A stretch of 64,000 bases of DNA from Bacillota bacterium (GTDB lineage: Bacteria > Bacillota > SHA-98 > UBA4971), in contig JAAYXB010000058.1 of assembly GCA_012516125.1 (NCBI GenBank), positions 479 through 64,478 of the forward strand. Reading direction: 5' to 3'. The position numbers and the translations under genes were made by a program. The notes under the pieces are model-generated. The model did no database searches and was not told where the DNA came from. It was given only the letters and a program-made list of their open reading frames with translations. Numbering within the stretch: position 1 is the stretch's first letter; the number at the start of each line of letters is the position of its first letter. Below, in pieces: positions 48,452-59,398 of this stretch.

Positions 48452-49792
48452 TCACCCGCCCCTCCGCGCATCGAGAAGCTCTATGAACGCCCCAAGCCTG
48501 GTGATGGCCTGCGCCTCGGTTCCGCATCTCGCGTCGACCCCGTCTCCATCCAGGTTGAGGAAGGGAATGCCCTTCTTCCTGAGCTCCCTGGCGATAATTG
48601 CCGCACCGCCGTTGGATTGCCTGCACCCCCACTGGGCGAATTGCACCACCCCGTCGATGGAATAGTCGTCCACAAGCCTCTCGATGACTTCGAGCCGGCG
48701 CTCGATCGGGCCCCAGCCGAAGTTTGACATCATCTTCTCCGCAAGGCTCGCGAAGGGATCGCAGGGGTCCAGGCTGGGCCAGTATGCGAAGCTGTATTCC
48801 TCGAAAGCCACCGACGAAGCCCGGTCGCCTTCGAGATGCTTGAACACCCTTGTATCATAGTAGGGCCTGAGGTTCAGCCACAGGAGCCTGTGCCGCTCAT
48901 CACGGACCGGGAAGTCACCTGCGGCAATCATCCGCTCGAGATGCAGCCGGAGCGCGCGATAGAACGGTGCAAGAGAAGGGCTTCCCCACGACCACAGGAA
49001 CAGAAGGACGTAGTTCAGCGCTTCGGACCCGAGCCACGGGGCCGGCACGTTTCGCCTCAGTGCCGAGACTCGCTCGTATTCCGCAAGAGCTTCGTTGGAG
49101 CGGCGAAGCGCCTGCGCCAGCCCCTCAAGGGAAAGCCCCGGCACGCGCCGTGCGAGGTCCCCTGCCACGTGCTCGATCTGGGAAGCAAGCCACCGCGTGG
49201 CCCGGTCGGAGGGGACGTACGGAACGTCCAGCATGTAAAACGGGCATCCGGCGAGCCTGCTGATGTGAAAGAGCGACCTCTTGCCCCCGTCGCACAGATG
49301 GGATGTGACGATGACAGCAGACGGTCGCGGCAGAAGACCCGATGCGGCCCCGCCCAGGCCAGCCCGGTGGAAGCTACAAAGATCCGGCGAGTACCAAAGG
49401 GCCTCGCAAGCCGAGAGGCTCCTGGCAGCAAGCCCGAAGGCCGCCGCAAGGCCCGCTGCGGCCTCGGGGAGGAACGGCACGCCGCCGAGGCCGTAAACCA
49501 GCTCGGTCGGCACGAAGGCGCTCGTAAATATGCATGGCTTCCTGCCGAGGTAGGCATCGGCAAAGTCAGAGAGCACGCACCTTATCGCCGCAACCTGGTA
49601 TGCCTTCGCCCCGCGCGCCTCGAGCAACGGAAGCGCCGCTGAAGCGACCTTGTATGCCCACTTCCGGCGCAGCAGGACCTCCGGACGGACCACCGTCCAT
49701 CGGGCCCCTCGCGTGGCAGTCTGGCGGGCCGCGCCCCCGGCAGCCCGGCCCACCATTTGCCGGAACCTTGATGGGGTGCCGAAGTGCATCAT
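48452..49792 (-). CDS. 2-hydroxyacyl-CoA dehydratase family subunit (HgdA/HadB/BcrB-like)
   Basis: Family layout with conserved Cys positions: ...CIFTSAFVPTELVYGLGGVPF..., DLCSFHRAGLG, HLCDGG. ATGA overlap with the upstream subunit. Confidence 0.75.
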   Translation of the reverse strand: MMHFGTPSRFRQMVGRAAGGAARQTATRGARWTVVRPEVLLRRKWAYKVASAALPLLEARGAKAYQVAAIRCVLSDFADAYLGRKPCIFTSAFVPTELVYGLGGVPFLPEAAAGLAAAFGLAARSLSACEALWYSPDLCSFHRAGLGGAASGLLPRPSAVIVTSHLCDGGKRSLFHISRLAGCPFYMLDVPYVPSDRATRWLASQIEHVAGDLARRVPGLSLEGLAQALRRSNEALAEYERVSALRRNVPAPWLGSEALNYVLLFLWSWGSPSLAPFYRALRLHLERMIAAGDFPVRDERHRLLWLNLRPYYDTRVFKHLEGDRASSVAFEEYSFAYWPSLDPCDPFASLAEKMMSNFGWGPIERRLEVIERLVDDYSIDGVVQFAQWGCRQSNGGAAIIARELRKKGIPFLNLDGDGVDARCGTEAQAITRLGAFIELLDARRGG

Positions 49793-51093
49793 CCCAGCCC
49801 CAGCCGTCCTTCCAGCATCTCCCTGAACGCGGTGACGCGGGTAAGGGTCTGCCCGGATCTAGCCGACCCATATTCCCCCTCCAGAAGAAGCATGGGCAGC
49901 CCTTCGCTTTCTCCCACGTGCCTCTTCAGCTCCGCGAAATCGTAGTACGCGTGGTCGCAAAACTTTGGCGCGAAGTACACGATCCCCTGCACCCCGGATG
50001 ACCGAGCAAGCTTCCGAAGATGCCGTGCTCGCATGTCCCCCACGAACATCCTGGGACATGCGGGTTTGCCGAGGTACGCGTGGGCCAGCGCGTAAAACGG
50101 GTCGAGACTCCCGCCGCGGATTACGCTGGAGCTTACACCGGCCGCTGCATTCTCGTCAGCACCCGCGTCCGTACGCGGGTCTCTCTCCGCCTGGCCCACG
50201 CCTTCGTCCGTCGGGACACGGAAATCAAAGCTGCGCGGACCAAGGCACGAATCTACGAAGGCCACCGCCAGCCCCACCTCCTCGAGCACGCCGAGAAGCG
50301 CAGGCTCCAGGAGGCATGTCCCCGAGACCCCGACCCACGCCCTTCCGCCGGGACGGCCGCCACTACGGCTTTGGCCGCTTCCCCCGCTTCCGTCGGCGCC
50401 CGGCCCGCACGGGCCCGCGAGGCGCATCGCGCCCTCCAGCACCGCCGCCGCGCCCGAGAATCCTCCGCTCTCGTCGCCTCCTCGTGCGCGCGCCTCTCCG
50501 GCGTCAGCCGGTACATCTGGAGGCGTGTCCCGGTCGCCCTGCGGTCTGGTACCAAGGGCATCATTCACCCTGAGCGCTGTACCGATGGCATCCATGGCCG
50601 ATATCCGGCCTTCGGCCACAAGCTCGAACAGGCGTGAAAGCCCGTGGCGAAGCGAATTCATGGACTGCATGACCGCGACGAGTCGTCGCTGGAACAAAGG
50701 CCCGTCCACATTGTCCGCGAGTGCTCCGGCATCGCCTCTTTCGCGCCGGACGGCATGCGTAAGCTCGAGGGCAAAGTCTCTCAGAACCCCGGCGTAGTAC
50801 GCCTCTGCTCCGCCACCCCAGCTTCTCGGCACATCCACGAAATGCACTTGGCGCGCGAGTCCAAAGTATCGCAGCGCGTCATAGGCGCGCCGCATGGCAT
50901 CGCAAGACCCCGCTATAGCGACAACACAGTCTTGCCCGTGCTCCCGCGCAAACGCCTTCGCGTAGGGGCAGAAGTCGCGCGGAAGATACGCTTCGCAGGA
51001 AGCGCCCACCTCCCGGAAGACAGCCCTCTTCGCAGGTATCCCGAGGGCGAGCGGGATCTCGAGTGGTATATAACTGCACGAGACCAGAACCAC
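49789..51093 (-). CDS. 2-hydroxyacyl-CoA dehydratase family subunit (HgdB/HadC-like) with a ~70-aa Gly/Ala/Asp-rich low-complexity insert
   Basis: N-terminal VLVSCSYIPLEIPLALGIP, the family CSYxPxE signature. Second conserved Cys region VGDMRARHL...FCDHAYYDF. The insert spans ~50300-50540. Confidence 0.75.
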   Translation of the reverse strand: MVLVSCSYIPLEIPLALGIPAKRAVFREVGASCEAYLPRDFCPYAKAFAREHGQDCVVAIAGSCDAMRRAYDALRYFGLARQVHFVDVPRSWGGGAEAYYAGVLRDFALELTHAVRRERGDAGALADNVDGPLFQRRLVAVMQSMNSLRHGLSRLFELVAEGRISAMDAIGTALRVNDALGTRPQGDRDTPPDVPADAGEARARGGDESGGFSGAAAVLEGAMRLAGPCGPGADGSGGSGQSRSGGRPGGRAWVGVSGTCLLEPALLGVLEEVGLAVAFVDSCLGPRSFDFRVPTDEGVGQAERDPRTDAGADENAAAGVSSSVIRGGSLDPFYALAHAYLGKPACPRMFVGDMRARHLRKLARSSGVQGIVYFAPKFCDHAYYDFAELKRHVGESEGLPMLLLEGEYGSARSGQTLTRVTAFREMLEGRLGLG

Positions 51094-51442
51094 AGCAAGC
51101 CCCCCACCATAGATCCGTTCATCGCGGCCCCTGCTTTATATTCTTTATACTTCTCGCGAATTACGCCCTCTCCTGCCCGGAATCCTCACGCCGGGATCAT
51201 GAATGCTGACAGAGGTTGTAGGACGCCCGACTTCTCTGCTGTCGTCTCCCGAAAAAGGCATGATGGTCTGAATTTGCTCTTGACAGGGAGGCACTCGAGA
51301 GTGTAGTGTAATACCATATACATACACATGCATACCGCTGATCGGTCGTCAGCAGGCGACACAGCACTGAGTTACGATACGGCCGCGGCAGCGTGTGCAT
51401 ATGTATGCAAGCCCGCTACTGGAAAAGAGGAGGGAAGGAGCA

Positions 51443-52591
51443 ATGAAGGACAGAGACAAGAAGGTGCTGCTTGTTGACACAACGTTGCGGGACGGTGAGC
51501 AAACAGCAGGCGTCGTGTTTGCTCGCACGGAGAAGCTGCGGATCGCGAGGATGCTGGATGAAATCGGTGTGGACCAGATCGAGGCCGGAATCCCTGCCAT
51601 GGGCGGCGACGAGAAGGAAGCAGTGAAGGCGATCGCCCACGCGGGCCTCGAGGCCAGCATCATGGCGTGGAACAGGGCCGTCATCTCAGACATAGATGCC
51701 TCGATCGAGTGCGGAGTGGATGCCGTAGCCATATCCATTTCGGTCTCCGACATACACATCTTTCACAAGCTCCGGATGACGCGTCAGCAGGTCCTCGACG
51801 CCATGACGCAGGCGGTGGTGTACGCAGCGCAGCATGGCCTGTACATATCGGTCAACGCCGAGGACGCGAGCCGCGCTGACCCGGCCTTCCTCCTCGAGTT
51901 CGCCATGGCAGCGAAGGGCGCGGGCGCGAACAGGCTCCGCTACTGCGATACCGTCGGCCTGTTGGATCCCTTGACCATGTATGACCGTGTCAAGACTCTT
52001 CGCGAGCAGACCGGGCTGGACATCGAGACTCATACCCACAACGATTTCGGAATGGCGACCGCCAACACCTTGGCAGGCGTGCAGGCGGGTGCCAGGTACG
52101 TCGGGGTCACTGTGAACGGTCTCGGCGAGCGTGCGGGCAACGCGGCTCTCGAGGAGGTCGTAATGGCCCTCAAGCACATCTACGGCATTGACCTCGGGGT
52201 CAAAACCACCAGGTTCAGGGAGATTTCCGAGTACGTGGCGAGGGCCTCAGGCAGGGAGATACCTCCCTCGAAGCCTATTGTCGGCGCAAACACGTTCGCA
52301 CACGAGTCAGGCATCCACGCGGACGGAGTCCTCAAGAATCCCAAGACTTACGAGGTCTTCCCGCCAGAGGAAGTAGGGCTCCAGAGGCAGATCATCATCG
52401 GGAAGCATTCGGGGAAGCATGCGCTCAAGGCGAAGTTCCTTGAATACGGCATCAACCTCACGGACGAGGAGGCGGCAGCCATGTTGCCCGCAGTGCGCGC
52501 CGCTGCGGTAAACCTCAAACGCCCCCTCTTCGATAAGGAACTTGTATATATATACGAAGACGCCAAGAGGGATATGTCCGCTCACAAGTAG
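51443..52591 (+). CDS. short-form 2-isopropylmalate/homocitrate/citramalate synthase-family enzyme (DRE-TIM aldolase; no LeuA regulatory domain)
   Basis: [28 protein letters not shown], 382 aa. GAGGAGGGAAGGAG RBS. Confidence 0.8.
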   Translation: MKDRDKKVLLVDTTLRDGEQTAGVVFARTEKLRIARMLDEIGVDQIEAGIPAMGGDEKEAVKAIAHAGLEASIMAWNRAVISDIDASIECGVDAVAISISVSDIHIFHKLRMTRQQVLDAMTQAVVYAAQHGLYISVNAEDASRADPAFLLEFAMAAKGAGANRLRYCDTVGLLDPLTMYDRVKTLREQTGLDIETHTHNDFGMATANTLAGVQAGARYVGVTVNGLGERAGNAALEEVVMALKHIYGIDLGVKTTRFREISEYVARASGREIPPSKPIVGANTFAHESGIHADGVLKNPKTYEVFPPEEVGLQRQIIIGKHSGKHALKAKFLEYGINLTDEEAAAMLPAVRAAAVNLKRPLFDKELVYIYEDAKRDMSAHK

Positions 52592-52630
52592 CAGCAAGCG
52601 GCGCCAGCGCACAAGGGAGGCATCGTCAGC

Positions 52631-53887
52631 TTGGGTAAGACCATCGCCGAGAAGATCCTCTCAAGCCATTCGGGCATCGATGCGCGCGCCGGAGATATCG
52701 TCCTCGCTGACGTGGACTTCGTGATGGGGCAGGACGGGACATCGCCTCTTGCGATCAAAGCCTTCCGTGACATGGGCGGCGAGAGGGTCTTCGACCCCGC
52801 GAAGGTCGCCATGGTGATAGACCACGGCGCACCCAGCCCCAACGAGGGCACGGCGAACCTGCACAAACTCATGAGGGACTTCGCCAGGGAGCAAGGTATC
52901 ATCCTGTATGACATCGGCGAGGGCGTGTGTCACCAACTGATCCCGGAGCGCGGGTACGTTGTGCCAGGAGACCTTGTCATAGGAGCGGACTCCCATACCT
53001 GCACCTATGGCGGCCTCGGTGCCTTCTCCACGGGCGTAGGGTCCACGGACCTCGCGGCAGCCCTCATTACGGGCAAGACGTGGCTCAAGGTGCCGGAGAG
53101 CATGAAGATCGTGTGCAGAGGCCGGCTGCCGGCGGGCACATATAGCAAGGACCTGGCGCTATACCTTGCCGGCAGGCTTACAGCCTCCGGTGCGACATAC
53201 ATGTCCTGCGAGTTCTGCGGCGAGGCGGTGGGCCACCTTGGGGTGGACGCCAGGTTCACGCTGTGCAACATGGCAGTGGAGATGGGTGCCAAAGCGGGAA
53301 TTGTGGCGCCCAGTGGTGAGGTCCTCGCGTGGGCGCGCGGTCGGTCAAAGAAGAAGTTCCACCCGGTCTTCGCCGACGAGGATGCTCGCTATGCTGACGC
53401 ACGAGAGTTCGACGTCTCGCGGCTTGTCCCGCAAGTAGCTCGTCCGCACAAGGTGGACCAGGTTTGTGATGCCCAAGACCTCTCAGGAGTCGAGATTCAC
53501 CAGGCTTTCATCGGGACCTGCACGAACGGCCGGCTAGAAGACCTCCGCGTCGCCGCCGCGATCCTGGAAGGAAAGACGGTACACCGGTCCGTGCGCCTCG
53601 TGGTTGCGCCCGCGTCCAAGCAGGTCCTCATGGGAGCGCTTCGCGAGGGAGTGCTGAAGATCCTCCTGGAAGCAGGCGCCACGGTACTTGTCCCTGGATG
53701 CGGACCGTGCGTTGGCACCCATGCCGGCGTGCCCGCGGACGGCGAGGTCGTGATATCCACCGCCAACCGCAATTTCAAGGGGAGAATGGGCAATCCCTCG
53801 GCCGAGATATACCTCGCCTCCCCCGCGACGGTGGCGGCCTCGGCCATCACAGGAAAGATCACGGACCCAAGGAAGTTTCTTGGGTAA
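52631..53887 (+). CDS. 3-isopropylmalate/homoaconitate dehydratase large subunit (LeuC/HacA type, aconitase family)
   Basis: 418 aa. Aconitase Cys ligands (..GADSHTCTYG.., ..GTCTNGR.., ..PGCGPCVG..). TTG start with AAGGGAGG upstream. Confidence 0.85.
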   Translation: MGKTIAEKILSSHSGIDARAGDIVLADVDFVMGQDGTSPLAIKAFRDMGGERVFDPAKVAMVIDHGAPSPNEGTANLHKLMRDFAREQGIILYDIGEGVCHQLIPERGYVVPGDLVIGADSHTCTYGGLGAFSTGVGSTDLAAALITGKTWLKVPESMKIVCRGRLPAGTYSKDLALYLAGRLTASGATYMSCEFCGEAVGHLGVDARFTLCNMAVEMGAKAGIVAPSGEVLAWARGRSKKKFHPVFADEDARYADAREFDVSRLVPQVARPHKVDQVCDAQDLSGVEIHQAFIGTCTNGRLEDLRVAAAILEGKTVHRSVRLVVAPASKQVLMGALREGVLKILLEAGATVLVPGCGPCVGTHAGVPADGEVVISTANRNFKGRMGNPSAEIYLASPATVAASAITGKITDPRKFLG

Positions 53888-53940
53888 CAAGTCAAAAAAA
53901 GGCCCGGCCGACGGTCGGTTATGACAGGGGTGATAGCCAG

Positions 53941-54444
53941 GTGGTCCTGAGAGGAAGGTCCCGCAGGTTCGGCGATGACATCAATACCGACTACATCATC
54001 GCCGGGAAGTACAAGTTCAAGACGCTCGACATGGACGAACTCGCGAAGCACGTGATGGAGGACCTTGACCCCGGGTTCCATGCCAGGCTCAAGCCTGGAG
54101 ACTTCATCGTGGCGGGAAAGAACTTCGGGTGCGGCTCCTCTCGGGAGCAGGCGCCGCTTGCGCTCATCCACGCGAAGGTCGGAGCGGTCATCGCTGCATC
54201 CTTCGCCAGGCTGTTCTATAGAAACGCGGTGAACACCGGCCTGCCTGTGGTGGAGTGCGACACCAGCGGCATCCTCGACGGGGACGAGCTCGAGGTCGAC
54301 CTCTGCCGCGGCACCGTGCTCAACCTCACCCGCGGCATCACCGTCGACACAAGTCCGCTGCCCCGGTTCATGCAGCGAATCTTCGAGGACGGCGGTCTTG
54401 CGGCACACATCCGTAAGCACGGCGGATTCCACCTTGGCTTGTGA
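53941..54444 (+). CDS. dehydratase small subunit (LeuD/HacB type)
   Basis: I place a GTG start with AGGGGTGA 8 nt upstream. GRSRRFGDDINTDYII and GKNFGCGSSREQAP swivel-domain motifs. Confidence 0.75.
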   Translation: MVLRGRSRRFGDDINTDYIIAGKYKFKTLDMDELAKHVMEDLDPGFHARLKPGDFIVAGKNFGCGSSREQAPLALIHAKVGAVIAASFARLFYRNAVNTGLPVVECDTSGILDGDELEVDLCRGTVLNLTRGITVDTSPLPRFMQRIFEDGGLAAHIRKHGGFHLGL

Positions 54445-54558
54445 CCTTGCGTGAACTGCAAGCACCATCGCGCCAATCCGCCGGACGGGTAAGGACTTAC
54501 TTACGCGCGACTACGTGCGACCGACGACATCAAAGCCGGTCCGCCGGGGGGATAGACC

Positions 54559-55563
54559 GTGTCGCACAGAGTAACGCTTATCCTTGGGGACGGCATCGGC
54601 CCGGAAGTGGTCCTCGCGGCAAAGCGAGTGCTCGAAGCCACCGGAGCTGCGATCGAGTGGGAGCAGGTGCAGGCTGGTGCGGAAATGCTCGCGCGCTGCG
54701 GCACTCCGCTCCCCGACGAGGTCGTCGAGTCGGTGCGACGGACCGGCGTCGCGCTCAAAGGCCCCGTCACGACGCCTGTAGCGAGCGGGTTCCGCAGCGT
54801 CAATGTGGGTCTGCGTGTTGCTCTCGACCTTTATGCCAATGTCCGCCCGGTTAGAACGCTGCCCGGCGTGCCCGGAAGGTATGCTCGAGTGGACCTCGTG
54901 ATCTTTCGAGAGGCCACTGAGGACGTATACACGGGCAAGGAGCGATGGGTGGACGAGGACACGGCAGAAACGGTCAAGGTCATTACCCGGAAGGGCTCGG
55001 AACGCATCGCCCGCGCCGCGATGGAGTTCGCCAGGCGCGAGGGACGACGTCGGGTGACCTGCGGCCACAAGGCCAATATCATGAAGCTCACTGATGGGCT
55101 TTTCCTCGACTGCGCCCGCACGGTGGCCCGCGAGTACCCGGAGATCGAGTTCGACGATCGCATCATCGACGCCCTGTGCATGCAGCTCGTCATGGCACCA
55201 GAGAGCTTCGACGTGCTGCTCCTGCCCAATCTGTACGGGGACATTGTGTCGGACCTCGCGTCGGGACTTGCAGGCGGGCTGGGACTCGCTCCCGGGGCCA
55301 ACATCGGGGACGAAATAGCCGTCTTCGAGCCCGTCCACGGAAGCGCTCCCGATCTCGCGGGGCGGGGGATCGCAAATCCCATCGCCACGATCCTGTCCGG
55401 CGCCATGATGCTGCGACACCTCGAAGAGGCCGAACGCGCCGCCGCCGTCGAAGCCGCGGTGGCGAAGGTCCTGGCCGAAGGCCGTGTCCTTACGCCAGAC
55501 CTCGGCGGCGCCGCCACCACCGAGCAAATGGTAGATGCCATAATCGCTGCGCTTCCTACCTGA
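54559..55563 (+). CDS. isocitrate/isopropylmalate/homoisocitrate dehydrogenase-family enzyme (short form, 334 aa)
   Basis: GDGIGPEV N-terminus and [27 protein letters not shown] signature. Confidence 0.8.
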   Translation: MSHRVTLILGDGIGPEVVLAAKRVLEATGAAIEWEQVQAGAEMLARCGTPLPDEVVESVRRTGVALKGPVTTPVASGFRSVNVGLRVALDLYANVRPVRTLPGVPGRYARVDLVIFREATEDVYTGKERWVDEDTAETVKVITRKGSERIARAAMEFARREGRRRVTCGHKANIMKLTDGLFLDCARTVAREYPEIEFDDRIIDALCMQLVMAPESFDVLLLPNLYGDIVSDLASGLAGGLGLAPGANIGDEIAVFEPVHGSAPDLAGRGIANPIATILSGAMMLRHLEEAERAAAVEAAVAKVLAEGRVLTPDLGGAATTEQMVDAIIAALPT

Positions 55564-58420
55564 GCGGGTCGAAGCGGCGCAATCTGAGGGAGTTGGTCAC
55601 GACCGACACCGACGAGAACGCCATGGCCGCCCCGGCGATCACCGGAGAGAGAAGGCCGAAAGCCGCGAGTGGGATGCCAATTACATTGTAGATGAAGGCC
55701 CAGAACAGGTTCTGGCGGATGGTTGCCATGGTGCGTCGACTGAGGCGGATGGCCGCGGCCACGGCGCGAAGGTCCCCCCGGATGAGCGTGATGTCCGCGG
55801 CTTCCATGGCTATGTCAGTGCCCGTGCCCATGGCAATTCCGACGTCCGCGGCGGCGAGGGCCGGCGCGTCGTTGATGCCGTCGCCGACCATGGCCACGAC
55901 CCTGCCCTCGGCGCGCAGCCGCTCCACCTCCCTCGCCTTATCGCCCGGGAGCACCTCTGCGAGCACCCTCTCGATGCCCACCTGGCGCGCGATGGCCCGG
56001 GCCGTGCGCTCGTTGTCGCCCGTTATCATGACGAGGTCCACGCCCAGAGCACGAAGGGCCCTGATGGCCTCACGCGAAGTCTCCTTCACAGTATCAGCTA
56101 CGCCGATGACACCGAGGGCCTGTCCGTCCGCCGCCACGAGCATCGCGGTCTTCCCCTCCGCCTCCATGGCCTGGCGCGCGTTGTCCACATCCTCAGGCAC
56201 GTTGACGTTATTCTCCTCGAGGAGACGTCGCGTCCCGACGAGTACGACGGTGCCGTCCACCTGGGCGCGGATGCCCTTCCCCGGGATCGCCTCGAACTGC
56301 GCGGGCTCCGTCGGCTCGATCCCGAGGGCGTGGGCCCGCCGCACGATGGCCGCGCCAAGCGGGTGCTCAGAGCGCATCTCGGCCGACGCCGCCAGCCTCA
56401 GCATCTCGCGGGCCGGCTCGCGCCCGCCGCGAGGCCCGACCTGCGCCCGTGGTGTCGCCGACGCGTCTCCTGCTGCTGCCTGCTCTGCCGTGAGCGCAAC
56501 CCCAGCTGGGATCCCGACCGCGGTCGTAACCCCGGCCGTTGCCGCCGCCGTAGGTGCAGCCCCTGCCACAACCGCGGCTGTTGACGTTCCAGCAGCTTGG
56601 GCCGTTGCCTCGCTTACCACCTCCGGCTCGCCCCTGGTGATGGTCCCGGTCTTATCGAACACCACGGTATCGATCTTGTGCGCCCTTTCGAGATGCTCCG
56701 CGCCACGGATGAGGATGCCGGCCTCGGCCCCCCTCCCCGTGCCCACCATGATGGCGGTCGGCGTGGCAAGGCCGAGGGCGCACGGGCACGCGATCACCAG
56801 CACCGCCGTGAACGCAAAGAACGCGCGGCCGGGATCACCCGTGGCGATGAGCCACCCCACGAGCGCCACGAGCGCCACCCCGAGCACCACCGGGACGAAG
56901 TACCCCGCAACAACGTCGGCGACGCGCTGGATGGGCGCTTTCGACCCCTGCGCCTCTTCCACCATCCGTACGATCTGGGAAAGAACGGTGTCCCTTCCCA
57001 CCCTGGTCGCACGGAGTTTGAACGACCCGTGCCTGTTGACCGTCGCCCCGGTGACCTCGTCGCCGGGGCCCTTCTCCACAGGAATGCTTTCGCCGGTGAG
57101 CATGGACTCGTCCACGACTGAGGTGCCCTCGAGTATAACCCCGTCCACCGGTATCCTCTCGCCGGGCTTCACGACAACTACGTCGCCCACCCGCACCTCG
57201 TCCGTGGGCACGTCCGCCTCCTTGCCATCGCGCACCACGTGCGCAACCCGGGGCGCAAGGCCCATGAGCTTTCTTATGGCCTCAGAGGTCCTGCCCTTCG
57301 CCCGGGCCTCGAGGAGCCGCCCAAGGAGCACAAGGGTGATGACCACGGCTGAGGACTCGTAGTAGACGTGGCCTCGGCCCACGAACGTCTGGTATACGCT
57401 GAACCCGTATGCTGCCGTGGTGCCCAGGGCAACGAGCACGTCCATGTTCGGGGAGCGCGCCCGAAGAGCCGCCAAGGCCCCTCTGTAGAACTGCCACCCG
57501 GCCACGAACTGCACCGGCGTGGCGAGGGCGAACTGGAAGAGTGGGTCGGTGAAAGGCGAGGGCAGGTGTACGCCCAAGAGGTGGGAAAGCATGAGAGTGA
57601 GGAGGGGGGCCGACAAAGCCGCCGCCAGGACAAAAAGGGCCCTCTGGCGCCTTATCTCGGCTTCGCGACGGCGCTCCTCTCTGTCCTTCGTCGCCCCCGC
57701 CTCTTCACCTTCGCGGACCTCGCGGGCCTGGTACCCCGCATCGTGGACGACTCTCACAAGATCGGCAGGAGAGGTCTCGTCGGGGCTGTAGCGGACCGTA
57801 GCCCTCTCGGTGGCAAGATTCACTGCTGCGTCGATGACGCCCGGGGCGCGCCGAAGCGCCCGCTCCACCCTGGCCACGCACGAGGCGCACGTCATGCCCG
57901 AAACAGCGAGGGTGGCAGTGGCGAGGCCCACGTCATAGCCAGCCTCACGGACCCTGTCGACGAGCACGGACGCGCTAGTGCGGGACGGGTCGTACACAAC
58001 AGTAGCGCGCTCGGTGGCAAGGTTGACGCGGGCCGAGAGCACGCCCTCGGACCTCGCGAGCGCTCGCTCGACCCTGGCGGCGCACGACGCGCACGTCATT
58101 CCGGTGATGCGGAGCGTGATGCGCCTCTCGCCACCGCGAGACCCAGCAGCCCCCGGGCTCGGCCCCGGCATCCGTGCCCCCCCTGGCACAGCGCCGTCCT
58201 GACCTCCCTCCCTTTGCGCTTCAGGCGGCATCACGGGGCATTCCTCGGCTGCGCTCCTTACGGGCCCTGACCCGGCGGACGCAGCGTCGCCTGCACCGCC
58301 CTCCACCAGTGTGCACTCCTCTTTCACCAGCGCATCCTCCTCCCGCGTGATGCTTCGCTCCAGAACATCTCCCCCTGGCCTCTTCTTTCCGCTCCCACGA
58401 TGGAATTCCCTCCTCGCCAC
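55556..58420 (-). CDS. copA: copper-translocating P1B-type ATPase with two N-terminal HMA domains; true start uncertain (the internal Met at 58171 is plausible)
   Basis: 2x GMTCASC, CPC in TM6, [13 protein letters not shown]. An Ala/Thr-rich low-complexity insert sits in the cytoplasmic domain (~56230-56500). Confidence 0.85.
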   Translation of the reverse strand: MARREFHRGSGKKRPGGDVLERSITREEDALVKEECTLVEGGAGDAASAGSGPVRSAAEECPVMPPEAQREGGQDGAVPGGARMPGPSPGAAGSRGGERRITLRITGMTCASCAARVERALARSEGVLSARVNLATERATVVYDPSRTSASVLVDRVREAGYDVGLATATLAVSGMTCASCVARVERALRRAPGVIDAAVNLATERATVRYSPDETSPADLVRVVHDAGYQAREVREGEEAGATKDREERRREAEIRRQRALFVLAAALSAPLLTLMLSHLLGVHLPSPFTDPLFQFALATPVQFVAGWQFYRGALAALRARSPNMDVLVALGTTAAYGFSVYQTFVGRGHVYYESSAVVITLVLLGRLLEARAKGRTSEAIRKLMGLAPRVAHVVRDGKEADVPTDEVRVGDVVVVKPGERIPVDGVILEGTSVVDESMLTGESIPVEKGPGDEVTGATVNRHGSFKLRATRVGRDTVLSQIVRMVEEAQGSKAPIQRVADVVAGYFVPVVLGVALVALVGWLIATGDPGRAFFAFTAVLVIACPCALGLATPTAIMVGTGRGAEAGILIRGAEHLERAHKIDTVVFDKTGTITRGEPEVVSEATAQAAGTSTAAVVAGAAPTAAATAGVTTAVGIPAGVALTAEQAAAGDASATPRAQVGPRGGREPAREMLRLAASAEMRSEHPLGAAIVRRAHALGIEPTEPAQFEAIPGKGIRAQVDGTVVLVGTRRLLEENNVNVPEDVDNARQAMEAEGKTAMLVAADGQALGVIGVADTVKETSREAIRALRALGVDLVMITGDNERTARAIARQVGIERVLAEVLPGDKAREVERLRAEGRVVAMVGDGINDAPALAAADVGIAMGTGTDIAMEAADITLIRGDLRAVAAAIRLSRRTMATIRQNLFWAFIYNVIGIPLAAFGLLSPVIAGAAMAFSSVSVVTNSLRLRRFDPLR

Positions 58421-58423
58421 AGG

Positions 58424-59374
58424 CTACGCCCAGCGCTTTTCCACCCTCACGTCCTTGAAATAGTAGGTACAGATTTCCTCATGCCGACGCCCTGCCTTCG
58501 CCATGTTGCGGGCGCCCCACTGGCTCATCCCGACGCCGTGGCCAAAACCCTTGCCGCTCATGCGCACCTGGCCGTCACGAACGTCAAGACTCGTTATGAA
58601 GTTAGACCTCATGCGCATCGGGTCGAGGGCCACCCGGAGGTCGTTGCCGCCGATCGTGACATCCCCGCCGGAATGGCGGATGGTTATCGTCTGCGCACGC
58701 CCCGAAGGACCACGCCTTGCTATAGTCATGCCGGTTATCCCCCTGACCGGGATTCCGATCTTATTCAGAGCAGCCTCGATCTCAGCCGTGCTGAACGTCG
58801 CCGTCCACACGCGGTCCTCGGCCGGGACGTCCGGCGTCATATCGGGGCTTTTCTTGACCACGGTGTAGGGCGGCTCGGGACCGCGAAAGTTCAGGCCTTC
58901 CTTGGCGAGGGCCGTGATACCCCCGGCGTTCGAATGGAACCACGCGTCGATGAGCTTGCCGCCGTACGTGAGGACCTTGCCCCGCGTCTCACGGACGGCC
59001 GCTCTGATTGCGTCGTTTATGTTCTCCGGTTTGAATTCCTGGGCCTGCTTGAACCCTGCCTGAATGTCCGAACCCATCGGTCCCTTCCCGCGCTTCTCCT
59101 CAAGGGTCTTGAGCGCGAACGTGCGCGCCACGATCGCCTGGGCCGCGAGAGCCTCCCTCGGCCAGTAGTTCTTCATCTCTCCTGCCACCACGGCGGCTAC
59201 GTACTCCTCCATGGGCATCGCCTGGACCCGCTTCTGGTCCGAGAGGTAGACCCGTATCGTAGGCTCTTTCGCGAGGGCCACCCTCCTGCCTCTTGACACT
59301 CCGATCACCACGAGCACCACGACAAGAAGACCGATTCCGAGCCAGAGCAAGCTCCTGTTTCTGTTGCCAGCCAC
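58424..59374 (-). CDS. spoIID: SpoIID/LytB-family cortex/septal peptidoglycan remodelling protein
   Basis: ALAAQAIVARTFAL, FHSNAGG and GHGVGMSQWGA motifs. I place a GTG start at 59374 with GGAGG 10 nt upstream. The longer ATG start would lie inside repeat copy C. Confidence 0.8.
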   Translation of the reverse strand: MAGNRNRSLLWLGIGLLVVVLVVIGVSRGRRVALAKEPTIRVYLSDQKRVQAMPMEEYVAAVVAGEMKNYWPREALAAQAIVARTFALKTLEEKRGKGPMGSDIQAGFKQAQEFKPENINDAIRAAVRETRGKVLTYGGKLIDAWFHSNAGGITALAKEGLNFRGPEPPYTVVKKSPDMTPDVPAEDRVWTATFSTAEIEAALNKIGIPVRGITGMTIARRGPSGRAQTITIRHSGGDVTIGGNDLRVALDPMRMRSNFITSLDVRDGQVRMSGKGFGHGVGMSQWGARNMAKAGRRHEEICTYYFKDVRVEKRWA

Positions 59375-59398
59375 CTCTATCAGCCTCCGTCCTGCGCA

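Noticed and set aside
55692-57362. 556-aa plus-strand ORF antisense to copA
   Set aside because: Ser/Thr/Ala/Pro/Arg-rich mirror of the copA frame with no domain signatures. It is a GC-skew artefact.
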